A DNA stretch of 64,000 nt from an uncultured Candidatus Rokubacteria bacterium. Its GTDB lineage: Bacteria; Methylomirabilota; Methylomirabilia; Rokubacteriales; DASRDR01. Shown here in pieces: positions 55,430 through 64,000 of the stretch. The position numbers and the translations under genes were made by a program. The stretch covers positions 32,001 through 96,000 of the forward strand of contig CAWDVE010000011.1 in assembly GCA_963805625.1 (NCBI GenBank), given 5' to 3'. The notes beneath the pieces are model-generated. The model was not told where the DNA came from. It made no database searches and saw only the letters and a program-made list of their open reading frames with translations. Position 1 is the stretch's first letter. The number at the start of each line of letters is the position of its first letter.

Positions 55430-56196
55430 TACCGCGTCGTGGCGGTCAGGCCGGCGTCGATGACGAGAACCTGGCCGGTCACCCAGCGCGACTCGTCGCT
55501 GGCCAGGTAGACCGCGCCCCAGCCCACGTCCCAGCCGGTGCCCTCCGTGCCGAGCGGGCTCGCCTTACGACGCCGCTCCCGCGCCTCGGGCCCGAGCCCC
55601 TCGACCATCGGCGTCCACACCGTGCCGGGGGCGATGGCGTTGATGCGGACGCCCTGCGGCCCGAGCTGGACGGCCACCGTGCGGACGAAGCCCTCGATGC
55701 CCGCCTTCGCGGCGGCGTAGGCCGTGCGCCCGTGGCCCCGGTGCCCGGCGATCGACGACACGCAGATCACGGAGCCGCCCCCGCGAGCGATGATGGCGGG
55801 CGCGGCCGCCCGCGTGGCGAGGAACACGGACTTCAGATCGACCTCGAGCACCTGGTCCCACTCCTCCTCGGTCGTCTCGAGGAGGTCCTTCCGGGACTCG
55901 ATCCCGACGTTGTTGTGGAGGACGTCGAGGCCGCCCCAGCGGGCGACCGCCGCGTCCACCATGGCGCGGCAGTCGTCGGCCCGCGTGACGTCCGCCGCGA
56001 GCCCCACCGCCTCGCCGCCCTCGGCGCGAATCTGTGCGACCGTCTCCTCGGCCCGCGCCAGGGCCTGGTCCACGCAGAGCACGCGGGCGCCCTCCCGCGC
56101 GAAGAGGATCGCGGCCGCCTTGCCGTTCCCGAGACCCGGGCCGCGCGAGCCCGCGCCCGTCACGATCGCCACCTTGCCCCGCAGCCGATCCCCCAT
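55429..56196 (-). CDS. SDR oxidoreductase
   Basis: TGAGS..GNG, NNVG, YAAAK. Confidence 0.92.
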   Translation of the reverse strand: MGDRLRGKVAIVTGAGSRGPGLGNGKAAAILFAREGARVLCVDQALARAEETVAQIRAEGGEAVGLAADVTRADDCRAMVDAAVARWGGLDVLHNNVGIESRKDLLETTEEEWDQVLEVDLKSVFLATRAAAPAIIARGGGSVICVSSIAGHRGHGRTAYAAAKAGIEGFVRTVAVQLGPQGVRINAIAPGTVWTPMVEGLGPEARERRRKASPLGTEGTGWDVGWGAVYLASDESRWVTGQVLVIDAGLTATTR

Positions 56197-56539
56197 GGCG
56201 CGCCGAGCCTAACGGGCCCGCGCGCGACGGTCAAGGCACGGCCAGGCGCTCGGATTCGACGTGGGCGACTGACGGAATCTGTCCTGCTGGTGCAGTGCCC
56301 GATCGATCGGCGGGGAGCCTAGCAAGTCTTCCCGCGCGTCGTCAACGCGCCCGAATCTCCCCAAACGCGCCTCGCCGCGACTCCGGCGGTCCTTCGGGCC
56401 GGTTCGAAGCGGGGCCTGCGCCGGCGGCCGGGCGACTCGCTTCTGTGCCCACGGGCCGCGAAGCAGTGTGCGCCCCCGGCCCACGAGGCCCACGGGCACT
56501 GCCTGCGCGCACGGGCCGGGATGGCCCCGGCCCCGTGGG

Positions 56540-58006
56540 CTACGGGGAGCCCGCCGGGCGATCGGCGAGGACCGGCGCGGAAGGGAAGCGCCGTCGGAAC
56601 AGCTCGCGCAGGAGGTCGGCCAGCAGCGGCCGGAGGCGCTCGGCCACCACCGGGGCCGCGCCGCGGGCGCCGCGCGCCGCCTCGTGCCAGGCGGCCTGGA
56701 AGGCCTCGCGCCGCCGCCCGAGCTGCTCGTCGACGTCGGCCACCCAGGCCGCCGGAACGTCCAGGTCCGCGTAGTCCCCGCGCCCCCGGCCGTGGTGCGC
56801 GACCAGCAGGTAGCGCACCACGGCCTCCCGCAGGAGCCGGTCGAGCGCCGCCGGCTGGAACTGGATCCCCGACTCGCCGCCCGTGGCGAGCCGGTAGGCG
56901 CCGCCGAACGCGTAGCCGCCGAGAGCGCCGAGCATGGCGCCGAGGATCGCGCCGCCGCCGAGGGAGAGCCCGCCGGCGAGGACGTCGGCGCCCAGGCCGG
57001 CCAGCAGCCCGCTCACGGCGCCCCCGGCGATCGCACCTGTGGTCGGGTTGATCGCCTGGTCGCCCTGGATCGCCGTGTCCTCGAGCCGGCGCTCGACCTG
57101 GGCCCGGCTCGTGCCGGAGAGCTCGTGGAGCTCGATCAGGCGGTCCATCAGCCGTCGCGTCGCCGCCTGCACGCGGTCGAACAGGGCGCCCATGGCGCGC
57201 TCGCGCTCGGCCCGGGAGAGGGCCTGGAGATCGGCGAGGCGCTCCCGCACCCACGAGGCGCCCGCGCCAGGCGGCCGCCCGACCGGCTCGCGGTCGACGG
57301 CGATCCCGGCCAGGTACGCCGCGATCGCGTCGATCGAGGCGTCGAGGACGCGCAGGTTGCGGGCATTCCACGCCCGCACGAGCCGCGTCATCGCCGCCCG
57401 CTTGTCGCCCTCCAGCAGGCCCACGACACGCTGGAGGAGCAGGCTCTCCTCCACCCACGCACGGCTGAACGCGTCGAGGGCAAGCACGTCGTGAACCACC
57501 GCGAAGGGTGCGAGGTGGCGCCGCCACGTCTCGAGCGTCCGGGCGGCGTCGTCCACGGCGACCTGGTTCAGGACGACGAGGACCGGCCGGTTCATCCACG
57601 ACAGGAGCTCGAGTTCGTGCCGCAGGTAGCCCGCCGCCTCGGGGTCCTCCGTCGCGTTCACGAGATAGAGGACGACGTCCGACTCCTGCCGGACGTTCCG
57701 CACCGCCTCCTGGCTACACCAGAGCGCGCGGTCGAGCACGCGGTCCCAGGCCTGGTGCAGGAACCAGCCGATCGGGTTCTTCTCGAGGCGGAGCCGCGTC
57801 ATGAGGCGCACCGTGTCCCCAAACCCCGGCGTGTCCCAGAGCAGCAGGCGCGCGCCGTCCGCCTCGATGAGCCGGTGTGCCTCGGCGAGGGTGGTGACGT
57901 GGGGCTCGTCGCGCACCTCGCCGATCTCACGGCGCAGCAGGGTGCGGGCGAGCGTCGTCTTGCCGACGTTGGTGTGCGAGATGAGGCTCAGCGTGACCGT
58001 CGTCAT
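56540..58006 (-). CDS. GTPase domain + DUF3482-like protein
   Basis: SHTNVGKTT (G1), WDTPGF (G3), Gly-rich hydrophobic hairpin. Confidence 0.85.
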   Translation of the reverse strand: MTTVTLSLISHTNVGKTTLARTLLRREIGEVRDEPHVTTLAEAHRLIEADGARLLLWDTPGFGDTVRLMTRLRLEKNPIGWFLHQAWDRVLDRALWCSQEAVRNVRQESDVVLYLVNATEDPEAAGYLRHELELLSWMNRPVLVVLNQVAVDDAARTLETWRRHLAPFAVVHDVLALDAFSRAWVEESLLLQRVVGLLEGDKRAAMTRLVRAWNARNLRVLDASIDAIAAYLAGIAVDREPVGRPPGAGASWVRERLADLQALSRAERERAMGALFDRVQAATRRLMDRLIELHELSGTSRAQVERRLEDTAIQGDQAINPTTGAIAGGAVSGLLAGLGADVLAGGLSLGGGAILGAMLGALGGYAFGGAYRLATGGESGIQFQPAALDRLLREAVVRYLLVAHHGRGRGDYADLDVPAAWVADVDEQLGRRREAFQAAWHEAARGARGAAPVVAERLRPLLADLLRELFRRRFPSAPVLADRPAGSP

Positions 58007-58011
58007 GGCGC

Positions 58012-59424
58012 TCACACGAGGTCGCTCGCGGTCAGCTGCAGATCTCGCAGGAGGCGCCCCCACGTCGCCCGCCGCTCGCGCACCCGGTCCTCCGAGCCGA
58101 CGCGCCGCCGGTAGGTCGCCACCTCCAGGACCACGCGGAGCTCCCAGCCGGCGCGGTCCAGGCGCTCGCGGAGACGCTCGATGAACTCCCCGTGCACCTC
58201 GGCCTCGGGCGTCTGGGCCAGCGGAAAGACCAAAACCAGCAGGCCGGGCGGGGCGGGCGACTCGGGCAGGGCGACACGCTCGGCGCTGTCGCCATACTCC
58301 AGGCGCGCGCCGTCGCGGATGGCGGCCCGCGCCCCGGCCTCCTCCTGAAGCGCCGTGTGCAGCCGCTCGCGGAGCGCCGTGTCCGGGGCGCAGCTGTAGT
58401 AGACGACCTCGACGCGCGTGGCCACGCCGCGGCCGCTGTGGAGGGCGCGCCGGGCGTAACCGGCGTCGAGCGGAACCGGCAGCCCCCGGGCTAGGCGCCC
58501 GGCGATCGCCGCCTCCAGGAGCGCCAGCGCCGCCCGCGGGATCACGACCGCGAGGACGAGGGTCGTCGCCCACAGGTGGATCCAGGGGGCGGCGGGGCCC
58601 TCGCCGGCGGGGCTCCGCAGGGGGGCCACGTCCGGCACTGGCGTGCCCAGGACGCGCGCCGCGGGCCCGAGGAGCGCGTCGAGGTAGCGCTGCACCGCCC
58701 GGGCGTCCAGCCAGGTGCTCTCCCAGGTCGCGCGGTACTCGAGCGCGATCCCCGAGACGTACATGCCGGCGAGCGCGCCCAGGGCCACGGCCAGCGCGGC
58801 GAGGTGCAAGACGACCTGCACGCGCGCCGCGATCAGCGGCGCGGCGGTCGGCAGCCACAGCCGTGCGAATCCCCGGACGGCGTCGGCCACAACGGCGGAG
58901 CGCGCGGCCACCCCCAGCCGGCGCGCGAGTCCGGCGAGCCACGCCCCCTCGAGCCACCCGCCCGCGCGGGCCAGGCGCCCGGTCGGGAGTCGCCGCCCGC
59001 GCGCTCGCGCCGCCGTGCGGGCGACGAGGGCGGCGTAGACGAGGAGGTTCCAGGCCAGAATCCCGGCGAGGGGAAACGCCAGCACGCTCACGTGGCGCGC
59101 GGGGCCGAGCGCGTTCGTCAGCGCGCCGCTGGCCGCCGCCGCTGCGACGGCGACCGCGACGACGGGCCCCCGCCACCGGGGCGGATGGAGCAGGCGCTCG
59201 AGGGCAGGCGCCTCGCGCCGCAGGTCGTCCCGCAGCACGAGGGCTCGCGTCCGGAGCCGGGCCGAATCGTCGGCGAACCCGCCCGGGTCGTCGAACACGC
59301 GGCGGGTTGCCGCCGCGCGCGCCCGCGGCGAGAGGAGCACGCCGTCCCGGTCGGCCTCCTCGACCGCCTGGACCAGGAGCAGCGTCCTGGCATCCTCCTC
59401 GGGCAGCCGGAGTGGGGTCGTCAT
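58012..59424 (-). CDS. DUF2868-like membrane protein
   Basis: TM helices, YRATWESTWL, VVIPRAAL; co-transcribed with the GTPase. Confidence 0.8.
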   Translation of the reverse strand: MTTPLRLPEEDARTLLLVQAVEEADRDGVLLSPRARAAATRRVFDDPGGFADDSARLRTRALVLRDDLRREAPALERLLHPPRWRGPVVAVAVAAAAASGALTNALGPARHVSVLAFPLAGILAWNLLVYAALVARTAARARGRRLPTGRLARAGGWLEGAWLAGLARRLGVAARSAVVADAVRGFARLWLPTAAPLIAARVQVVLHLAALAVALGALAGMYVSGIALEYRATWESTWLDARAVQRYLDALLGPAARVLGTPVPDVAPLRSPAGEGPAAPWIHLWATTLVLAVVIPRAALALLEAAIAGRLARGLPVPLDAGYARRALHSGRGVATRVEVVYYSCAPDTALRERLHTALQEEAGARAAIRDGARLEYGDSAERVALPESPAPPGLLVLVFPLAQTPEAEVHGEFIERLRERLDRAGWELRVVLEVATYRRRVGSEDRVRERRATWGRLLRDLQLTASDLV

Positions 59425-59599
59425 CCTGCCATGGCTCTGCGCCCCAGCATATAGGGACTCGCCAGGACGGGGGCACCGCGCGGCCGCGGCTGGGGTAGAG
59501 TGGGGACCGCCCGCGAAGGGTGTCGCCCCGGGGATGTCTCGTGGGAACGTCCCGTCACGGGTGCGAGGCCACCTCGCATCCCGAGAGGAGGCTCGCCAC

Positions 59600-59920
59600 G
59601 TGCGACCGCCGGTAACGCTCGGAGGACTCGCGCTCATCCTCGCACTCGCCGCCGGCTGCGCCTCGTCGTCCCCGCACGCATCGTCCCAGCCGGCGCCTCC
59701 CCCGACGGCCACGTCATCGCCGGCGCCACCTCCAGCGTCCCCTCCCCCGCCCGCCGCGCCGGCGTCCGCGACCCCCCAGCCCGCGGCCCCGCCGGCGGCG
59801 CCCGGAAGTGGCATCGTCCTGCGCGAGAAGGACCTGGCCAAGGGGCTCGGCGACTTCGTGGCCAGGACCAAGGGCCGTAGGACTTCCTCGCTCGCGCGAA
59901 AGGGCACCGCGGCCTCCTGA
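59600..59920 (+). CDS. Putative lipoprotein, probably truncated or frameshifted
   Basis: Lipobox LAAGC then Pro/Ala linker; RBS GAGGAGG. Confidence 0.5.
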   Translation: MRPPVTLGGLALILALAAGCASSSPHASSQPAPPPTATSSPAPPPASPPPPAAPASATPQPAAPPAAPGSGIVLREKDLAKGLGDFVARTKGRRTSSLARKGTAAS

Positions 59921-60140
59921 GCGTCACGGTGCCCGTCGGCAAGGGCGAGGAGGTCGCCTTCAAGCCCGCCGAAGGTCGGCCGCTCCGCGGTGTGGGCGAG
60001 CCGGCGCCCGCGAACGTGGTCGATCGAGAGACGGCTGACAGGACCCCGACTCAGCGCCCGCCGGGAAGCGAACGGGGCGCCGGCCTGACGGCCGACGCCC
60101 CCTCCTGTGCTCGCACGGACGGCCGGACCGCGCCGCGACG

Positions 60141-61523
60141 CTACGCCGGGATGACCGCCTTGATCGACGCCCGGACGATCTCCAGCACGCGGTCGATCTG
60201 CTGCTCGGTGATGACGAGCGGTGGCGAAAAGAAGATCTGCTCGGAGAACGTACCGCCCGGCACGGGGTAGCTCCGGATCCGGGTCGCGAACCCGCGCTTC
60301 TCCATGTCCCGGCGGATCCGCAATCCCACCTTCTGATCGGCCGGGAATCCGGCCTTCGTCGTCCGGTCCGAGACGAGCTCCGCGGCGGCGATCAGGCCCT
60401 TGCCGCCCCGCACGTCACCGATGACCGGCAGCTCCTTCTGGAGCTCGAGCAGCCCCTGGTAGAGCCGCGTCCCGAGCCGAGCCGAGCGCTCCCACAGCCG
60501 CTCGCGCTCCATGATCGCGATGTTCGCGAGGCCGACCGCGCAGCACATGGGGTGACCCGAGTAGGTGTAGGCGTGCATCCACCGGTCCTCGGGCTTGACC
60601 GTGTTCATGGTCTCGAAGATGTCGCGCGACACCACGATGCCGCCGAGCGGCGCATAGCCGGACGTCACCGCCTTCGCGAAGGACTGGATGTCCGGCTGGA
60701 CGTTCCAGTGCGTCAGCGCGAACCACTGGCCGGTCCGGCAGAAGCCCGTGATCACCTCATCGCCGATGAACAGCACGTCGTGCTTGGTGCAGATCTCGCG
60801 GATGCGCGGGAAGTAGTCGTCCGGGGGCACGATCACGCCGCCGCCGCCAATGATCGGTTCGGCGATGAACGCCGCCACCGTGTCGGGACCCTCCCGCAGG
60901 ATCGCCTCCTCCAGCTCCCGGGCCGCCGCCTGGCCCACCGTCTCCCCCGTGCGGGCGCCCTGGAAGCGGTACGGGTACGGCGCCTGGATGTGGAGGAAGC
61001 CCGGCACGCGCGGCTCGAACATCTTCCAGTATGGCGCCATGCCGGTGGCGCTCATCGCCTGGAGGGTGACCCCGTGGTAGGCGTTCTGGCGCGCGATCAC
61101 CTTGATCTTGTCCGGCTTCCCCTTGGCCTTCCAGTAGAAGCGGGCGGTCTTGAAGGCGGACTCGTTCGCCTCGGCGCCGCCGCAGGTGAAGAAGACGGCG
61201 GCCATGTTCGGGTAGGAGAGGCTCACGATCTTGGTGGCGAGCTCGGCGGCGGGGATGTTCGCGTTGCCCACGTAGTTCGAGAAGTAGGCGAGCTTCTTCA
61301 TCTGCTCGAAGGCCGCGCGCGCCAGCTCCTCCCGGCCATGCCCCACGCTCACGTTCCAGAGGCCGGCGAGGCCGTCGATGTACTCGTTGCCGTGGATGTC
61401 CTTGATGACCGCGCCGTGGCCCTCCACGATCACGAGCGGCTCGGCCGCCTCCGAGGAATGGTGGAGCGGGTGGATGACGTGTGCCTGGTCGTTCTTGATG
61501 ATGTCGGATGCCGTCATGCTCAT
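60141..61523 (-). CDS. Class III PLP aminotransferase
   Basis: YIDGLAGLW, YHG, FIAEP, DEVITGFCRTG, FAKAVTSG. Confidence 0.94.
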   Translation of the reverse strand: MSMTASDIIKNDQAHVIHPLHHSSEAAEPLVIVEGHGAVIKDIHGNEYIDGLAGLWNVSVGHGREELARAAFEQMKKLAYFSNYVGNANIPAAELATKIVSLSYPNMAAVFFTCGGAEANESAFKTARFYWKAKGKPDKIKVIARQNAYHGVTLQAMSATGMAPYWKMFEPRVPGFLHIQAPYPYRFQGARTGETVGQAAARELEEAILREGPDTVAAFIAEPIIGGGGVIVPPDDYFPRIREICTKHDVLFIGDEVITGFCRTGQWFALTHWNVQPDIQSFAKAVTSGYAPLGGIVVSRDIFETMNTVKPEDRWMHAYTYSGHPMCCAVGLANIAIMERERLWERSARLGTRLYQGLLELQKELPVIGDVRGGKGLIAAAELVSDRTTKAGFPADQKVGLRIRRDMEKRGFATRIRSYPVPGGTFSEQIFFSPPLVITEQQIDRVLEIVRASIKAVIPA

Positions 61524-62002
61524 CGAGGGTCCTCCAGAGTTGACACGGTATGGGTTCCACGCGCGCTCGTCAGGTGGGCGCGCCAGTCGCCGGACTCGAC
61601 CCGGGGCCCCCGGCCAGCCGCGGGCCCGAATCGCTCGTTGTACGCGTACACCCAGGCCTCCCGCACCACTCCACCTGCGGCCTGTACCGGCACCGTGCGC
61701 CGCACGTAGAGGCTCCGCGTCTCGTCCGCGGGGTCGTACCACTCCTCCCGGTCCAGGGCCGGCAGCCGGTCCGGCAGGTCCGGGACTTGGTAGAGCTCCC
61801 CGGTCACCCAGCCGCCGTCGTCGAGGACCAGGCCAGGATACTCGCCGAAGTGGTAGAGAGAGCCGCGGATCCGCCCGAGCCCTTCGAGGAGCGCCCCGCC
61901 GAGGAGCGGGCGTCGCGAGAAACCGGTCATCAGCGTTCCATAGGTGAACAGCCGGTCCGGACCCGGAGCGGGACCAGCGCCGGCTGCCGTCACGGCGGAC
62001 AT
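61520..62002 (-). CDS. Gamma-glutamylcyclotransferase family protein
   Basis: LFTYGTLM, YPGL, VTGELY, LDREE, AWVY. Confidence 0.9.
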   Translation of the reverse strand: MSAVTAAGAGPAPGPDRLFTYGTLMTGFSRRPLLGGALLEGLGRIRGSLYHFGEYPGLVLDDGGWVTGELYQVPDLPDRLPALDREEWYDPADETRSLYVRRTVPVQAAGGVVREAWVYAYNERFGPAAGRGPRVESGDWRAHLTSARGTHTVSTLEDPR

Positions 62003-62187
62003 TGTAGCAGCGGGCTCGGACCGCGTCGAGGCGCCGGCGGCGAAGCCCAGGCTCGGCCCCTCCCCGGCCGACCTGGGGCGTTGACGCCTCGTCCGTCCAC
62101 CGGTATCGACGACGAGACACGGTCTGACTCCCGCGCAGTCCGACGAACGCGCGCGGGACACGTCGGAGCCAACGCAAGGGAGGAATC

Positions 62188-62545
62188 GTGACGATCCACG
62201 CTCGCGTCTTGTGCTGGCGCTCTTGGTCTCGGCGCTGCTCGCCGCCGGATCCGGCGCGGCGGCCCAGCGGCCCGGCGAGGGCGCCAAATTCTACGCGGAG
62301 TACCGGGCCGCCTTCGCGAAGGCCAAGGCCATCGAGGATCTCGTACCGTTCCTGTCCAAGGGGCGGGCTGAGATGGTGCAGAAAACGCCGAAGGAGGACC
62401 GCGCCAAGATGTTCGGAATGATGAAGGCCATGGACGCCAAGGAGGTCAAGGTCCTGAAGGAGACGAAAACGGACGCTGGCTACCTCCTGGACGCCACCGG
62501 CAAGGGGGGCATTGTCCCGGGAGGGTCGAAGGGCACGAGGCCGGA
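62188..62545 (+). pseudogene. Secreted protein, apparently 5' frameshifted and 3' truncated
   Basis: Signal peptide and Lys-rich domain end at GGSKGT; the ORF then runs antisense into the HD-GYP gene. Confidence 0.45.
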
Positions 62546-62558
62546 CCCGGATCCGTCG

Positions 62559-64000
62559 TCACACGCTGCCCAGGCCCGGGCGTTCGGAAGAGGCGGCTTC
62601 GTCGTGCTCGTCGGCGAAGTCGATCGCGATCCGGCGCCACTCCTCCTGGATCGCGAGGAAGGCGTCGACCATGTCGGGATCGAAGTGGATCCCCCGTCCC
62701 GCCACGATGGCCCGGACGACCTCACCGTGCGGGAGCGCCCCCTTGTACACGCGCGCGCTCGCCAGGGCATCGTAGACGTCCACGAGCGCGACCATCCGCC
62801 CGGGGATGGGGATCGCCTCCCCCCGCAGGCCCTCCGGGTATCCCGAGCCGTCCCAGTGCTCATGGTGTGAGTAGACGATCTCCTTCGCCAGTTTCAGGAG
62901 GAAATCGTCCCGCACTCCCACCCGCTCCTCCGTCCGCGCGATCACGTCGCGCCCGTAGATCGGGTGCCGCGACATCTCCTCCCGCTCGTCGTCCGAGAGG
63001 GGCCCGGGCTTCCGGAGCGTCCGGTCCGCGACTCCGACCTTGCCGATGTCGTGGATGGGCGCGAGCCGCGCGATCAGGTCGATCGTCTCCGGCGTGAGGA
63101 AGTCCCGGAACCTCGGGTGGAGCGCCAGGGCCTCACCCAGAGCTCGCGCGTAGCGGCTCGTCCGGATGAGGTGAGCGCCGGTCTCGAAGTCCCGCGTCTC
63201 CGTGAGCGAGGTGAGGGCGTGCAGCACCATCTCGCGCGCCGTCCGGAGCTGGCGGTCGCTCTGGTCGGCGCGCGCGCGCTCGGCGACGAGCCGGTGAAGC
63301 GCGGCGACGGTCAGGGCGCCGACGAGCGCGATCGCCGGGAACAGGGGCGAGACGTACCAGCCGCGAGTGCCGAGAAGCCACCCCGCTCCGAGCCAGAGGA
63401 GAAGCCCGCCGCCGAGCGCGAGGGAGAGGGTCCACCGCCACCCGAGCCCGAGAACGCTGAGGACCACCCCCACCGGGACGCCGAGGACGAGGGCCAGTTC
63501 GGCGACGGTCCCGCCCGGCGGGCGGCGGACGAAGTCCGCGCTGAGGAGATTGTCCGCCACGGTCGCGTGAACCTCGACGCCGGGAAGGAACGAGCCGAGC
63601 GGCGTGGTGACCGTGTCGCCGAACCCCAGGGCGGACACGCCCACGAACACGATCCGGCCCCCGAGCGCGCCGGCGGGCACCCGGTCCTCTAGCACATCGA
63701 CGGCCGAGAAGCGCGAAAAGCTCCCGGCCGGCCCGCGAAACCGCACGAGCACGCTCCCGTCGGCGTCGAGGAGAACCTCGCGGTCGTCGAGCCACAGAGC
63801 CGGCCACCGCCCCACTCGGTCGGCGAGCCCGAGTCGCCGCGCCACGACGCCGGTTCGGGCGGTCGCGACGGTTGCGAGCGCCAGGCTCGGGTAGACCTCG
63901 CCGCCGAACTCGACGATCTGGGGCATCCGCCGGAGGATCCCGTCCGCGTCCGGCGACGCGTTCATGAAGCCGGAGGACGCCGCCGCCGCCCCGAGCGGGG
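62559..64000 (-). CDS. CHASE2 + HD-GYP phosphodiesterase (5' end outside window)
   Basis: PDADGILRR, PGVEVHA, three TMs, HDIGK, HHEHWDGSGYP, DVYDAL. Confidence 0.93.
   Translation of the reverse strand, partial: PLGAAAASSGFMNASPDADGILRRMPQIVEFGGEVYPSLALATVATARTGVVARRLGLADRVGRWPALWLDDREVLLDADGSVLVRFRGPAGSFSRFSAVDVLEDRVPAGALGGRIVFVGVSALGFGDTVTTPLGSFLPGVEVHATVADNLLSADFVRRPPGGTVAELALVLGVPVGVVLSVLGLGWRWTLSLALGGGLLLWLGAGWLLGTRGWYVSPLFPAIALVGALTVAALHRLVAERARADQSDRQLRTAREMVLHALTSLTETRDFETGAHLIRTSRYARALGEALALHPRFRDFLTPETIDLIARLAPIHDIGKVGVADRTLRKPGPLSDDEREEMSRHPIYGRDVIARTEERVGVRDDFLLKLAKEIVYSHHEHWDGSGYPEGLRGEAIPIPGRMVALVDVYDALASARVYKGALPHGEVVRAIVAGRGIHFDPDMVDAFLAIQEEWRRIAIDFADEHDEAASSERPGLGSV

Overview
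GC-rich bacterial window. The gene content (multi-GAF histidine kinase, zinc-ribbon/cyclase/STAND/TPR protein, expanded ABC_sub_bind substrate-binding family) suggests Ca. Rokubacteria/Methylomirabilota; this is an inference. Positions 1-28 kb form an accessory region ending at a tRNA-Gln/tRNA-Glu pair. It holds signalling genes, then an 8.2-14.4 kb run of unrelated co-oriented small genes separated by at least six copies of a 27-bp 11-5-11 imperfect palindrome (GTTCCTGGATC-N5-GWTCYAGGRAC-like). This run is the best candidate for an undescribed recombinase gene-cassette array. It is followed by a rearranged SdpA/HTTM-serine hydrolase locus (IS256 insertion plus an apparent 5.2-kb inversion), IS91 relics, and a terminase/prohead-protease mini-module with no portal or capsid abutting tRNA-Glu. 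Positions 28-64 kb hold an ISNCY-like element and then mostly core metabolism: menaquinone genes, a heavily frameshifted NAD-linked formate dehydrogenase split by a GH10 and a beta-barrel gene, sigma54-type glnK-amtB, SDRs/hydrolases, a DUF2868/GTPase pair, an aminotransferase and a CHASE2 HD-GYP protein. All family calls come from motif recognition by eye, not from database searches.
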